A stretch of 64,000 nucleotides of DNA from Marsupella aquatica (Eukaryota > Plantae > Marchantiophyta), in the NCBI GenBank assembly GCA_973895155.1, contig OZ316897.1, positions 12,299,832 to 12,363,831 on the forward strand, in the 5' to 3' direction. This document shows, in pieces, positions 10,212 through 25,209 of the stretch. Every line of letters starts with the position of its first letter. Positions within the stretch are counted from its first letter, which is position 1. The position numbers and the translations under genes are program-made. Under the pieces are notes generated by a model. The model saw only the letters and a program-made list of their open reading frames with translations, did no database searches and was not told the origin of the DNA.

Positions 10212-13200
10212 CAAATATATGCTCTTGAGCAATTCACACAACTGCTATTATCCTGCATTGGAATTGTAGCAGTTCGGGGGATAGCAGCACCTTGGTGATA
10301 GACGGAAGAAAGGCATCCTAACCAACCTCTGATTTCAATTTCTTAGCACCCTCGTTGAACACGGATTTATGGGGTTTTCCTAAATAGTCTAAGGACGCGG
10401 GAAAGTTTAGAAGTAGGTCCCGGTGTAGGTTCCCGGGGCTTTGTGGCCATTGCTGCCAATCTTCACTATGACTAGGGAGGAGTGCCATGACAGAGAGCAG
10501 TAGGAATTGTAAAATCAAGAGGGGGCAAATAGGTCTCTCATTTCTAAGTTCGATTGTATTTTCGCAGTCCCTGCTGGAACACGGGATTATGGATTTCACC
10601 TAAGTAGGCGAATGACGCAAGAATGTTTAGAATTAGGTTCGGGAAGCTTAGATGCAATTTGTGCCAATCTTCACTATCACTAGCAGTAGGAATTGTTAGA
10701 TTAGGAGGGGTAATGTGGGCGACGGCTGGTGCTAAGGCACAGACGCGGAAACTAGTTGTGCCAAATTCTTCTATACGAAGCGCTGAAGAGGAAGAAGCTG
10801 GATCCTGATCTTGACCCTAAATATGCGTGCACCAAGCAGATGGAGGAAGCAGCCGCCAAGGTTGGCAATCCATTCTGTTTCTTGGACACGACGAATCAGT
10901 GTAAGTTGTGTTCATTCCTCCTAGGTTCTGGTACTAACGCTGATGGTCATGACTAGGGTCGTACTGGGAATTTTAATGGCTAAGACGACTTGTAATTGTT
11001 CGGATGACTTTTCGGGGCGAGGTTGGTAGAAAAACTGCCTGTTCATTGCATAAATCGTACCCAGAAGAACTTGGGGTGGTGAGGTATAGCACACCTAAAG
11101 CCATTGAATTTTCTTCCATTAGTTGTGTTGAGTACTTTCCATGCGCTTTGTGGAACGAATTATACCAAACCCGCAACGTCTGGAGCACACTCCGTGTTGG
11201 GGGACGCTCTTGAACTTTTTCACATGGAGGGTCTGTTCTTCACTCTCAAAGCAAATGGCGTGTTTCTCTTTTGTTCTGTCAGGTGTAGTCCTTGACTCAA
11301 CACTGACGAGACATGAAAAGGGCTTGCTCATGTTAAAACAACTCATGTGATGAAGCAACTAAAGACTGCACTTGTAAGTCGTCTCGAGAGATTCGATCAT
11401 TTTGTTTTATTCTCTAACATTGGTTCTTGGCTCTAAGGTTATAACTACGACACTGATATTTAGTTGAATTTGTTCCTGCGATTTGTCTTGTTTGTGTATT
11501 TTAGTATCTGCATGAAATTGAAGTCAGCCTCAAGCTCAAAGATGACGCCTCTCTCAGTTCTAGTGCGGAGCCGCCAATGTCTTTTCTCATCTGAATTTTT
11601 GCATGGCTTCTAAACTTCCAAAGAGCTTTGCACTCTTTTATTTGGTGAAACTAGACAAGCAGTAACTAGCATTACTCTTTCAGGTGCTTCAGGGACAAGT
11701 CGTAATAGACGGGGACAATGGCGGAAACTGTCCGTTTCTGCTTGAACAGGGAACTTCGTTTGAACGGCGCAGATTCCCCCCTCCCCCAAAGCCATGTCCT
11801 CTGCATTAACGGACAACAATCAACCTGGGATGCAAATACAAGCCTCACCCAGTCTTCGTCGCGCATTCAAGGGAACCCCATTTATGTCCATAGATTTGGG
11901 AAAAGCATTGTGATTTGGGGACTGAAGAATCCACTACAAAGAATGACAGTGCTTGATCTATTTGGTCTAGACAAACTATACGTAGTTTACACAAAATCAA
12001 ATCTATAGTAAGCTGGGCTTCATTGGACGGTCCTTTGGCAGACGTGCTGTTCAGATGTGGATTAATGTTTCTCGAAATGATATGACGAGAGGTTAATTGA
12101 GCAACCATGAAATGTGTTTGCAAATTGAGTTCACTTGGTTGATGTCTGTGTTTTTTCTTGAATAATTTGTGTCTAGATTCTATGTCCGGTCTCTGTTAGA
12201 GTCGCATGTTACACCTCGCATGTCATACCTTCTCCTATTGCCTCGAGAGGACTATAACCATATAGCCAAATGAGCTGTGCTTGGACAAACAGAACTTCAA
12301 AGCTTACCATTAAATGCTTGACATATTTCTCCATCAACTATCGGGATTAGAGAGTTTGATACTGGATGACTTCTGTGACACAAATGGGTAATCTAGTCCC
12401 CCAGGAATTGGTTTCTTCAGCTGACAGGGTCGGGTTAAGACGTACTCCAGCAACCTTGGCTGGCTCTGATGTTGCAGTTGATTCAACGAAAGTGGGTCAC
12501 GAAGCAACGAACCACCAAGGCTCTGTAATTGCCTTTATTCCGGTCCCTAAGTCCATTGAAACTACAAAGTTTAAGTTCAGCAAAGGGTGGATACTTTGAC
12601 AAACAATTTGAAGTGAAATGAGTGAGAACTCGTGAGCTTAGAATATGGTCTGTATGAGGGGAGGAAGTATACCACACCTCTAAGGGTCACAATCAATAGT
12701 CTCAGGATATATCTGCCGACGAGAACGATTCATGCCTCATCTCCATCCCTCAATTTTTCTGTATTTCACTTGTCGCATCTCGTATTGTTCCCAAGCAATC
12801 CTTTTGTTTTTGTGCAATCGCCAACCAAGCTTCCGTACACAGATACAAACTACACGACAACTTCTTTGGCGCTAACGTACTGGTAGATCCACAAACTGAA
12901 ACCACCAAATATCTGAAGTAAAAGTTCCTGGACGTGAAATAGGCCAAAAATCTCGAGCCAACGTTATTGGAATTGACATAACAATGCAATTCTCAAACAT
13001 TACGTCCGTGGGAAATAGAAGCAATTAGGCCTGGAAAGTGGTGGCATCACCACCCATCCAATGGTTCAGTACAGAATTTCTCTCAATTGCTTCTTGTATG
13101 ACCTATCAACTCCTCTTAAAACTAATGCTTTGGGAAGCAACAGCAAACTCTACTGTCTCTAAAATCGAGTGTCTTCACTTCCCACTTTTCTCGTTCGAGT

Positions 13201-13499
13201 CCCCTTTGGGGATTACAGTGATGAAATGGACAGTTAATACATGAAGAATGTTACCCTTACACTTCTGCCTGATCACAGGTGTGCGCCCCGAGCTATATCG
13301 CATTGGGAATTTCATGATCATACATATGATAATGCTATGTTGTGGATAAATTAAAGAGCAGCCACTGAATGTACGTCCTTCTCCTGTACTCATGGAGCCA
13401 GACGAGAGCATCGAACCCGGTGGAAAGAGAGCACAGATTGGCCATGAGACCTATCCAAATATTGCATCGTACTTGAAGTCATGAAGACCAACCTGGCAT

Positions 13500-16400
13500 T
13501 ATTAAATATTGGCCTACGGAATTTCCTTTCTATTCCAGGCTTGCTTCTAGTTCAAGTGGAGGAACCAGATTCCGCTCTCGCTCTGGTAGATCTGATAGAG
13601 ATGTGGGTGAAAAAGTCGTTATGACTCTCATAGCTCTCCATTCCACGCTACGGACTTCCCCATCGGGCTATCAATCATCATCCGGGCTGCAAACTGCTTT
13701 CTAAGGATACATATGGGTTGTTGGCACAAAATTGAGCACATCGATTCCAATCTTAATAATTCCATGGCCGCGAACCTAAGGGGCGAGGATCCACATCTTC
13801 GGGGCAATGAGCCGCATAAGTAGAGGATGGTTGTAGGATCCAAAACTATCACGTGAGCTTGATCTTTTCGTGTTCTGCTGTCGGAATGGACATGCTTGGA
13901 ACACATTCTGTACCTAATCTTGTTCTTTCGACGCAAGGGCGATGTGTGCGTGATTGCTGCCTGTTTGTCTTGTAGATAATTCATTCCTTTCCCCCAAAAA
14001 GATCAAATTCTTGGCTGCAACCGAAGAAAAGAAATTTAGAAAGAATATTCAAGGAGAAGATATTTGAGCCGTTTTGATATTTTCAGACGTCTCACTGAAA
14101 ACAAGATACTATTCCACTTCATGTCTAGCTTCAGGTTGCATATATCAGCTAATAGCTTTATGTACGGCACATGACCTAGAAGGAAAACCTCACCTTAGGC
14201 ACTCTTCGGTGTCAACTGGAAGGATCTTTAACCATGCTCCAGAGAGAGCCCTATCAGGAGCCTCAGCTTTCTGCCTCCCAATTTTGACAAAACTTGTTCC
14301 TATTGATGTCAGCCAAGAATCAATCTGCACATAAACCGAAAGAGTGATCAGCATTGAACCACCGAAATGTTCATCTCTAATTGATAAATCTCCAATATCT
14401 CTAGATCTAAAACTTGTGGCTAGGAAATATCGTGATTATCATACCTGAATTTTCTGTAAAGAAGAGCATTCCAACCGAAGGCCATGACAAGTAGTAATTT
14501 GAAAAGCAGCCCATCGCCTATCACCTTTGTGATGCATTTTTCTAGGTATAGGCCCGGCATCGACAATTTCTTGCAACAAGATTGTCCCTTGAGGCCGCAG
14601 GTCTGCACGTGCCAGAAACACTCTCTATTGTTAGGAACTCCAACATCCAGAGCGACATCACTCTACACACCAACATTCTCTACAGGAGCAAAACCATTTC
14701 AAATGAGAACACTTAGTCGCCTGCCCCGACCCTTCACAAAACATCAACCCCTTCCATCATGAAACCAGAGGAAAGCAATCGTCGAATTAAATATGTAGCT
14801 AGACTCACCAGTTGCACGGAGGTAGAAACAAATTGTTGAGCCACGCAGAACCAGAAACCTTAGCATCCAGTCATCAACATTTGTTTCATCAAGTATTGGG
14901 GGTTCACCGGGAAGTGCAGTCCATCTCTGCATGTACAATAAACGCGTTAAATGGCCCTACTATACAGCACAGGTCTGAAGGATATATGCGATAATCGTAA
15001 GGGACAGGACTTACTTCCAAGTTTGGTCCAGAGACATACCGTACGAGTATGTATGTAGCCTGAAAGTTGAGATGTTTTCAGCACTTCGTCAAGATGATCC
15101 AACCTACGTAGTAAGCACAAGCAATTCGTTCACGTCCAACTATAGTATAGCTACATCACTAAGAAAGAGACTACCAACACTTCACGGGCAGAACTGAAAT
15201 GAATTTTTCTCAAGTTTTACTGCGCTACAAGGGATGCCAGACTAAAAAACAAAGCAGAAGCTAGCCCACTAAATACAGTCGCATCTCGGATACAATTAAT
15301 TTCGAAAGCTAAAGATTCTTGTCGATAAGAAGTCAAGGAAGGTCCTAATAAAAAATATTGGTGAACCGTGTCGCTAAGAGTGAACAGGAGTGAACAATAA
15401 CTAATTCACAGATATCTTTGCAGTTGATCAAAATGGGGCTTATGCAGCTCAACACTTCGCTTAGTTAATAAGTACAAATCAACGCCTTTTGATCAAAACC
15501 TGGAAGTTGCATAAGATGAGACACTCACTGTGCTTGAAGCGTGGTTTCTCGCTCCTCTGCACCAACAATTTCGCCTCGTAATGACATTACTTCTTCCCTC
15601 AAAGACTCTAGCTGGTCAAGAACAACCAGTTTAAAAATCATTCAAGTCAGTATGTAGTGACAACGGCAGGCAAGGGAAAAAAGAAATCAAAAAGCAACAA
15701 TATCCAGAGGCCATGGGATCGGACCAAAGAGCAGTAACATTATCTTGCCCTAAAGACAACTCGTCCAACGACAAGAGCCCCGAGGTACCAACCTGATCAT
15801 CTCTGGCGTCGCCCCATCGTAAACCAGGTATGCTCCACTTCCGAGGGGATCCGAACAACCCACCGTCATGACTGTCTCTCAGCCCAAATCCATTATGTGT
15901 CCCATTTTGTGATCTGAGATTTCAAGCAGCAAAATCAACCAGAATTAGACAGCCGAACCAGAAGAAATTGTAGGGGACACATAGAGTAAGCTTAACAATC
16001 GTGGCTACATGTCATCATGTTGGGTATTTTAAATCTACCTTTGATCCAGTAAGTCAACCTGTTCATTTACCAGTTGACCAATGCTGTTACCTGAAAGGGG
16101 GGGGTGTGGATGGAGGAGTCAAAACTCCCAACACCTCCTCAACTGCGAGCTTGTTTAACTGGGAAAGACTTCCTTTCTCACCATGAGTCAGAAGCCTTCT
16201 CCTCGAAGCCTGCTCAAACAAAGTTGCCACATTGAAAGTAATGAGATAAGGCTACCTGGAGGAAGTAAAAACAGGCCTCATCAACGTAAACTCTTAACAC
16301 GTTCCATCTTCAGCAAGTGTACAACTGTCGGCGCACAGAAAGGATCAGATGCACGGATCATACCTTCAGAAGCAGCCACTCGGTATCGATCATTCCCACA

Positions 16401-18200
16401 CAAGCACGGTGGCTCCGTTGCAAAGTGAGGAGCCCAAGTCCATCAACTCCTTCTCGTTCAAAAACATGAATAAATTCTGCATACCAACAAGGTTTAAAGG
16501 TAAGGCCGGGACCACATTCCGCTGGTTTCAAGACGATGAACACAACAAAAACTAGAAAGCTGCATAAGAAAATTTGAAACAAGTTTCCAAAATCCCCATG
16601 GGAGTGGGACTATGGCTGGCTTCTGTGTCCAGCATTTCTATGAATCGTTCGCTGCGAGTCTCCAGACAATTTGAGAGCCTCTCCGTGTTGGAGAGCTTCT
16701 GGCGCTGGAGAAGTGATAATCCACCGACAACAATGTCGGGATGCAGCTACGAATACGAACAAATATCTCTCTCACTAGTGGAAACCGGCGTAGTTCGGTA
16801 GGACCATTGCAAGTGGAGGGCTTCACTGAATGTAGGAGAAAACGAGCACACCTTGAATGCGCTCTTGTTCAAAAGAAACGCTGGTTTCGAGCCACTTCTT
16901 CACTTTGTCAACGGACCAGCTCAGCACTGCACTGGCCTGCTCTGCCTCGAGAATTGGTGGACCGTTCTCCTTGCCGTCTCTAGTTGGAGTCCCATACCCG
17001 TCTTCGTCTTCCGCGCCTCTAGGCTCCACACCGTTAAGAGGATCCAGCATATCCACCAATTTGGGCATCCCTGCTCTCAAATCCATGACAACAAATATGA
17101 ATAAGAGTGTTCACGCCTCTGGTCCAACAGGGTCGGATCAAAGATGTGAACTCAAAATTGTGACCCCGCACTTCCATCCATGGCAGAAATTCGAGGCAAG
17201 TACATTACAGAATGAATCCATAACTACAGAAAGCGAGCTAAACCTCTATGATAGACTCAGAATTATTCAAAACAGCGAGTGGAGAGGCTCCCCAAGCTTC
17301 AGAAGTGATTCAAGAAAACGACTTCTCTGGATGGAGCTCAATGGAATCCAACAAGGAAAGCGCGTCCCCACCTTCGAATCCAACTTTGGTCACGTGTCAA
17401 GTTTTTCTTCCGTAGAGTGCCTAATTCATCGGTTTCGACCCCAGCCAATGAATACGATTATATCTGAAACACCTATATCCTACTGGACTTCTACCAGGTG
17501 AAAAAGTCGATCCAGAAACAGCCACGAATTCCCAGGACATCCGCCCAAACGCGCCACACAAACCGTCCTGCCTCTTCGTCAGGTCTCTTGCAAAGGTCCC
17601 ATCGTTGTGGTCATACGCATCTCCAATTGCTGCATCTGACCAACTAGGCAAGAGCCCACTGATTTCTGTCCTTCCCTTCGGAGTCCACGAGATACCCCAG
17701 CTAACCAATTGGCTACTACGATCCACGCTAATGCATCAATGACAAACAACTTCGTCCAAACTCTCGCAGATTCCAAGTGTTCGGCCCGCCATGTCACTCA
17801 AAGTCTGCACTGCAGCGCTAAAACTCAGCCTCGGCAGCCAGAGCAGTGACCTAACCAAAAAGTCTCAGAAAACCATGCATGAACTGTACAACCGGTGCTC
17901 CATTTTCCACAGCCACCACCTATCTTCCCCCTGATGCCTTGCCTTCCTGCCTGTTCCCACGCTTGCTGGCTAGCTAACACGTCCCGACTCCAGAATGATA
18001 TCCTTTTCACAAAACCTCTTCAGAACGTGAGTGCGCGCAGAATCCTCCTTTCCTCATCCTATGTTGAAACTAATTCATCGCGCAGAATTCCTCCTTTCCT
18101 CATCCTTCAGAGCTCGCTCGTGCCTTGCGAGACTACGATAAAGGTAAGCCGTGATCAAATGGTGGCACCAATAACTTGCAGTACATAAACGATGATTGTC
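13500..18200 (-). mobile_element. Possible highly decayed non-LTR (LINE-like) retroelement remnant; boundaries approximate
   Basis: Minus strand reads like broken coding sequence with many stops. Weak resemblance to L1 ORF1 ('LNEKELMDLGSSLCNGATVLVWE', about 16400-16470) and to an endonuclease 'LDYIF'-like motif (about 14790, needs a frameshift). No intact RT motif seen. Confidence 0.25.
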
Positions 18201-19198
18201 ACCGCCTCCCCACCTCCCTTCAACTTATCAGTGACTAACAAGTCAGTCAGTCAGCCTCAGCCCACCCCGGCATTTCCAGCCAACCGGCGCAGAAGAACAC
18301 AGAGCAGCAGTGCAGCCAACGCATCCACAGAGAGAGGGACAGAGCCCACACGAGAGCGAGATTGATGACCGTCAGTTCTCATGAACGTTCATTCTAGACC
18401 CACAGACCCACAGACCCACACTCATTCATCCTCTTCTTCATCGTTCTCTTCTTCTCCTCCGTCTTGCACGTCTTCACATGATCCGTCTCGAAACCAACCC
18501 ACCTTCTCTCTTTTCCCAACGTACACAACTCTGCTGCGCCGTGTCGAGTCAGTTCGTCATTATTGTTCATTCAGTCAGTCAATCACTCAGGCACGCAGGC
18601 AGTCGGTCGTTCTAGCCTCACACACTTCGCAAGCTTGATTTGCTTGCGTTGCGGAGGAGCTTCTCCTCCACGGAGGCTTTGCTAAAAGCTACAGTCCCCA
18701 ATACTGTAATGGAATCCTGCCCACCCCAAATCAAACTCTACCGACTGTGGATCGAGCAAGTCTTCCAGAATCAGTCCGATGGAAACGAAAGAGGGCAGAG
18801 GGAGAGAGACGACACGAGAGAGGATTCGCAATAACGGGGAGCTGCAGGACCATTTCTGTAGCTGGATTCTCGCTGGGATTGATCGATTTGGTAGTAAGTT
18901 ATGGTGGGTTTGCAACGGGCTACACCGTAAATCCAGGGGAATGTTTTCTTTCTTTCTGCCTCTCGTCTTCTTCCTTCCTGTAAAGTAGTGCTGCTTCCTA
19001 AAGGAGTGCACTCCTTGACACGACACAGTTACTAGTGGAGTCGTTGGGGTTGGGGCCCTCCTCCTCCTCCTCTCCCCTCTTCGATGGGTCTTCTTTATGT
19101 ATGTGCCAAAAGACAAAAACGCAGGGGGAGACAGGGTCCCAAAGGCCAAGCAACCCAATAAAGTGGGGAAGGGAAAAAGGCCCCAAGAAGACCAAAGC

Positions 19199-19302
19199 AG
19201 TCCAAAAAGCCAAGGAGTCCCCCACATTTTTTCCTTGAATATTAAAAGCTAGTCCAAAAAGCCAAGGAGTCCCCCACATTTTTTCCTTGAATATTAAAAG
19301 CT
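19199..19302. repeat. Perfect 52-bp tandem duplication within a probable TE-derived repeat region (about 18930-20520)
   Basis: agtccaaaaagccaaggagtcccccacattttttccttgaatattaaaagct occurs twice. Degenerate relatives lie at about 20215 and 20415. Confidence 0.9.
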
Positions 19303-19779
19303 AACCCATCCAACAGAGGATAGACCATAAACTCTGGAGCATACACCTCTGTAGGGTAGCCCACAAGGATCCCCCACAAAGTCTTACTAGGGTGTGTGAA
19401 AGCAATGCCACAAGTAAAGTCTTTTGGCTGTTACTTTATGGATGTCTAATTGAATGTCTAATCCTTCTGGGAATTTAGGAAGCCATAATGTTTTTGTCCC
19501 TGCCATAAAACCAACTTATGTCCTTGGCCGTATCTCACTTATGGCCCTGTTGTGACCATCGTAATGGTTTGAAAGGAGGAAACCCTGCGAGCAGAAAAAA
19601 CCTGCAAGTGGCTAGAGCACTCCCACTCGCTGCACTTGGAATTGTTGAGTTATGACGTCCTTCTGCACGATAAGATCATGACTCTTCCCATGCAAACATA
19701 GTCGTCACACTGAATTACGTGGTTCATCTCTTCGCCTAGGCTACATCCACACGAACACGAAAACTTTACTTAAGAGTAG

Positions 19780-19783
<4 letters not shown>

Positions 19784-19824
<41 letters not shown>
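19784..19824. repeat. (CT)n microsatellite, about 20 units
   Basis: Read directly. Confidence 0.97.
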
Positions 19825-19828
<4 letters not shown>

Positions 19829-22800
19829 CGCTTCGTTACAATGAGCAAGCATCTTAACACCAGTGGCTTATTCTCACTATACTTTGAATCTTCTTCCAAA
19901 ATCATGGACAATACCTCAAACGTGACAAAGTCTTTAAGAAACTTCTTAAGAAGTTGGTAAACACACATGACCTTGTCTACTCTCCCAAACCCCTCCTGAA
20001 ATCATCCCTAATTTGTGTGGGCATGTCCATGGTACAAAACAACCAACCTTTTGCAGAGGTGGCAAGGCTTCATCACATCATTATTCTTGTTGAGCTTTAC
20101 TCCTTAGATTGTGGATTACTTCAGATCACTGGATCCTTGGAGTCTTTTGTAATCATGAATTGGGTCTCTGTCTGCCGGTTAGGACACTCAATAAGGGAGA
20201 GAAACAAGGGAAAACCCTAAAAGACTTGAGAGCCCCCACTACTAATAATATATTGCCCAATATAAATTCCCCTAAAGTAAACTTTGTCGTCAAGAGCCCA
20301 ACCAAAAAAACACTCTTATATCATGACTAAATCCTTGAAGTCTTTTGTAATCATGCATTGCGTCTCCTATCTCCCAGTGACGAAATCCAATAAAAGGAGA
20401 AAAGAAAGGACAGCCCCAAAGAGCCAAAAAGCCCGAGAGTCCCCCTCAACAATATTAAATTGCCGAGTATAACTCCCCTAAACCAATCACTTTATAATCT
20501 TAATCAACAAGAACCCAACTAACAAACCCCACCGACAATATGACGAAGTTACCTACCGAGTTATCTAACAAGTAATTTACGAAGTTACGTACCTATCACT
20601 AAGCTACCGAGTTTACTGTACTAAAATTCCGGTCACTAAAATTCGTCAGGCGCACAGAAACCGTCGATAGGTGAATCTTTTCCCACCCTCCAACGGTTCG
20701 ATATACTTCGTATTACTGTAACTTGTCTAAAGCGACAATTTAGGTGGTACGGTATGTAGTCGGCGTAAGCGAGGACTGTTTACACGTACACCTTACTGCA
20801 GTACTGTAGTAACCTGTGCAACACCGTCATCCCATTCGTACGGGATCTCCCTAGTGTAGCCGTAGATTTATACTATCGACGATCCGTGTCGACCGATCGT
20901 GCATGGGGAAAAGACACTCCGTTCTCCTGTTGTCCAGGTGCCGGCATGTATGAGCGCCACATGGAGTTACAAACAGGCCTAGTCGTAATGGATAACTGAA
21001 AAAGCATCATATAGTAGTGGATCCAATCCGAGCCGCCCATACTATGCTCACACGATCTTCTCCCAAATGTTCTGAATCGGCTTTTAAATCTGATTTTGGA
21101 ATAGAGTTTTCGGAAATTTGAAGCTTAGATGGACCTCCACGGTTGCCAAACTGCTCTGATAGACTTTTGTAGCCTAAATGGACCCAGTGAAACCCTCTTC
21201 CTACGCATATTGTGTGTATCAATGCGCCCGTCAATGTGTTGAATGTGACTAAAAAAATTGATATATTCATGTTTAGAAATTTGTAAGTCTCTCAATTTTC
21301 AATGAAATTTTAGAATATTAGACTCATTCCAAGCCTTTCCTGGAGAATACAAAAACAGTATATTGTAACCAGAGGAGTTTTAGCAGCCAACAACACTGGA
21401 ATACAATGCAAAATATTGTGTGAGCTAAAAGCAACAATTGAAAATGGTCTATATATCCAATATATCTGTCAAACATAGTGATTCATGGGGATTCTTGTCG
21501 GATTGGGACAACAAAAGTCTCTTCTATCTGCTCTAATATCATAATTTAGAGTGAATACAATGTGTAGTTACAGTAATACTGAGAGATTGCACACAGAGAT
21601 TTCTCCAATGAGGAGATTGCACAATGAGGAAATTGCTGAGAATTGTGTGCACTTTGGACAAAATCTCAGTACTGTGGACAGAATTGTGTGGGTTCCAATC
21701 ACCTGGAATCAGGTGTTGTAGTCTTTTTTTGCTTTGAAAACCTAAAGCAGCCCCATCCAACAGATGATACTTAGATGTCCTGCTCGCGCGGGGGCAAACA
21801 TTTCTATGTAGGGTAGCCACGAGGGGACAATACCCAGGGATCCGACAATGACCAGACCAGGAGGGAGAGAGGATTAAACCAGAACCCCAAAGCAGGCAGC
21901 CAGGGGCTGAGGGGATAATCAATACTCTCACCACTACACCCCACCCACACGTACCCTCCACACCCCTTGCGTGTGGATTGTGGATTGAGGATTGAGAACG
22001 GTTCAATCAATTGCATGGGAGCAACAATACTGGGACATCCCATGAGAGCTTATGTCTCCCAAAACACCACTAGAAGTTGTTACAATTACATAAGCATACC
22101 CCAAAACCTAAAGCTTATGGTCCAGCGTGTGGGGGTGCCACACGGCATGGTACACCATTATTGATGTGCATTTGCCAAAAAAACATTGTTTTGACTCCAC
22201 ATATGAATGCAAAAGCATTGCACAATATTCACAATAATGCAGTACGTCCACTTTCTCCATAATAGGGTAGGAAAGACGTACGCTACTAGCCCTCATTTTT
22301 GTGGGTCCAAAAAATAACTAATGTTTGCAAATATGCCAAACAACACATTTAACCAAGCAAACTTTCAAATATTTATTCAAGCTAAAAACAAACTTCTAGA
22401 ATAAAAGAATAAACATTTATTCAAACTTCTAGAATATGTGCTAGGTGTCATTCGGGAAGAGTTGGAAAACTTTTCAATGATACTATTGATGCTAACTAAA
22501 GGTTTATGGAACATGCAGTATGTGCTATTAAAGTTCAGGGTCTGGCAAAAGCACCATGAGCACCGAATCAAGATTTGGAAAGATAGTAGGCCTGGCTAGC
22601 CTGGCCCCTTATGTAATCATAGTTGGGGCCTAACGCACCAAACACACTGAATGGGCAATGACCTTTGCAAATCCTCGAATTGTGCATTTGCATTTGTCAA
22701 GGAATTGAATTTGTCTCCTTTTGGGCAGCTTACTTATTTCCTCAAGAAATAACTTTTGCAGCATCCAATAAGTATAATTTAGACTGCCAAACAAAATGAA

Positions 22801-24599
22801 AATCAAGTTGATGGCCAAATTTAAAGGTCAAGAAAATCGTCTCTTCTTCATCCAGTGGGGAGTATTTTTAAGAGAACGACTTCTCCCATTACGACAGTGT
22901 CTTTTTTGCACATAATTAATTTAAAACCACCCTATCTTGTTCTGTCACTTCCACGTCTTGCCACCAGGTATAGTTAGCAGGAAAATTCCATCAAGGCGTA
23001 ATTGACGTTCAATATGGATCTTCAAATGCTTAGCGATGACCTAACTTTCCAAGTTTAGCCCTATAAAGGAATTGAGGGATGACAAAACGAGGGTGCAAAT
23101 AGATACTGCCTCACTATAATATGCTCAGGCACCAGCCTTTGGAAAGTTGCAATTTTGGCAGTTGGGGAATCATGGTGGGTAGCGCTAGTGAAAGTTGTCA
23201 CTTATTTAAGGTTTGCTGAACCTCTTACCTTTAGATAGCTAGTTCTAGTTCTTGTCCTTTCGTTGAAGGTTTCGAGTCTTGACCCCTGTTCTGGGTCTGC
23301 TGGGTTTCCCCACTGGTTACTCTAGGTTTTCCTCTCCCTGGCTGCAGTGACTTGGCCTTGTGCCATTTGTCTTGCCTGTTTGAGCCTTTCTGAGTTTAAT
23401 TGACTTGGCCCTCTGCACCTTTCTTCAAAAAAAAAAAAGGTTGCATGCTGCCAGCTGCCATGGCCACCAGGGAAATATATATTGGCAAATTTGAGCCAAA
23501 AATGCAGCTTGAAGCATGGCCAGCAAAGAGTACAAAGGATATTTTTTGGAAATTTACCCGACTTAGCCAATCCACGACGTGAATTGAAAGGTATTAGCCA
23601 AGACCTGGTGATGTCAATTTTTCCATACATGACTAACTGTCTAGACTTAGTGCTGGCTACAAAAAGGGCACTCAATTAGCCCTCACTCAAGTGAAGATCC
23701 TTGGGTTTGTTCCCTGTTAGCATGACTAGTGAAATGATTAAAAGGCAAAATAGTGTATTTTTTTTCCTTTGCTTGTGGGGGCAAGTGTGGGGATGGGAGG
23801 GGAAAGGACCCTGCTCAAGGAGACAGGCCGGCCGCACAACTGGATTGTCAACTTTCACATGACTTGTGAAATTATTAAAAGATGCCATGATGGCCACACA
23901 AAATAGTCTCTCGTTCCTGTTTACTTGGGAGGGGGAAGGGAGGAAGGAACCCAGCCCAAGGAGACAAGCCTTGCAACCGGATTGCTGCCTTGCATAAAAC
24001 AGTTGCTTGAACTGCCTATAGTTTCAAACAAATCTGGAAAGAAATGGAGGCCTGGAATTGAGTATGTGGTGGGACTTTCCTCTAAGACCATCTCCAACCC
24101 TGACTAAAAAGTGTTACTGCAACTGGGTGTAGATAGTAATGCAGAAAGTCATGTCTAATGCAAAAAGTCATGTCCAACCCATTCACCTTGACACCATCAG
24201 ATTTTCAGGCATGGGGTTTTTGGTTACTGGGTTTTTTTTTGGGAGACAATAGTCTGGGTTTTTTTGGTTACTGGATCTCTATTTGGGAGACAATATAGAG
24301 TCTTGACGTTCTATTGGGTTAGTTGTTGGGTATTCAAGATTTTAATCCATGATGGTGCAACAGTTATTTTTACTGTGAAATAAATCTATGGTAGCGCTAA
24401 GTGTATTTCCACTATCTACCTAATAAAACGCGATCAAAAACTAGGGTGGGGGCCTTCAGTCTAGAGTGCAGCCTCTACACTGTGATTATGGGGCCACAGG
24501 TACAGTTGGAGGTGACTTGTAAACATTTATTTGTGAGCAAAGCCTGGACAGTCAGGCTAGTGTGAAGTAAAATTATCTAGTAAGATCTACACTTTCACC

Positions 24600-24995
24600 G
24601 TAATCAGTGTTATGCAGGAATTAGTGTTAGTACAAAATTAGTGCTACAAACACTAGTTTTGGTAAAACTATTTTGAGTCCAAGTAACACTACTTTTTGCC
24701 AATTTTCAAAATAGTTATTTCCCATTTTTGTTTAAATTGGTAGTACAAATGGATGATCTTGAGTCCAAAATAACACTAATTCCGTGTAAATCAGACTACT
24801 CAAGAATTAGTGTTACTTTGGATTAGTTCAAAATATATTTATTTCCTCTATTTTTTCACACTTGAGACCACAATAACACTAATTCATGTGCATGAAAATT
24901 GTGTTAGCATAAAATTAGTGACTTACACTAATTCGAGAGTAGACCTTGCCAGTCGATGCTCTCTCAATTTACAGTTAGTCACACTAATTAGGGAC
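24600..24995. repeat. AT-rich cluster of aattagtgtta / taacactaatt motifs in both orientations (foldback- or MITE-like)
   Basis: Motif copies at about 24619, 24637, 24771, 24805, 24874, 24914, 24925 and 24981, in mixed orientations. Confidence 0.6.
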
Positions 24996-25046
24996 ATTGA
25001 CAATAGGTCTCTCAATTTAATGTTAGTCACCCTCATTGGGATGAAC

Positions 25047-25209
25047 AGTGTACTTAAAAGATGGTCTTGTCAAACTGGGTATTACTCTCTCAGGTCTAGG
25101 CTTGAGTGTACTTAAAAGATGGTCTTGTCAAACTGGGTATTACTCTTTCAGGTCTAGGCTTGAGTGTACTTAAAAGATGGTCTTGTCAAACTGGGCATAA
25201 CTCTTTCAG
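25047..25209. repeat. 58-bp tandem repeat, about 2.8 copies
   Basis: agtgtacttaaaagatggtcttgtcaaactggg... starts at 25047, 25105 and 25163. Confidence 0.95.

Noticed and set aside
10756-11370. Exon-like fragments (LLYEALKRKKLDPDLDPKYACTKQMEEAAAK|gt; GVVLDSTLTRHEKGLL)
   Set aside because: Could be a gene relic, but I could not assign a family or build a consistent gene model; a tBLASTn search is needed.
16857-17501. 214-aa plus-strand ORF
   Set aside because: No recognisable domain; lies antisense within the suspected decayed retroelement.
21500-22050. Possible solo LTR
   Set aside because: Repeat-like composition, but no TG...CA ends, target-site duplication, PBS or PPT could be established.
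23260-23300. B-box-like ggtttcgagtc suggesting a tRNA or SINE
   Set aside because: No cloverleaf, A box or tail could be identified.
25047-25209. CRISPR-like regular repeats
   Set aside because: Contiguous 58-bp units with no unique spacers, no cas genes, and a eukaryotic context.
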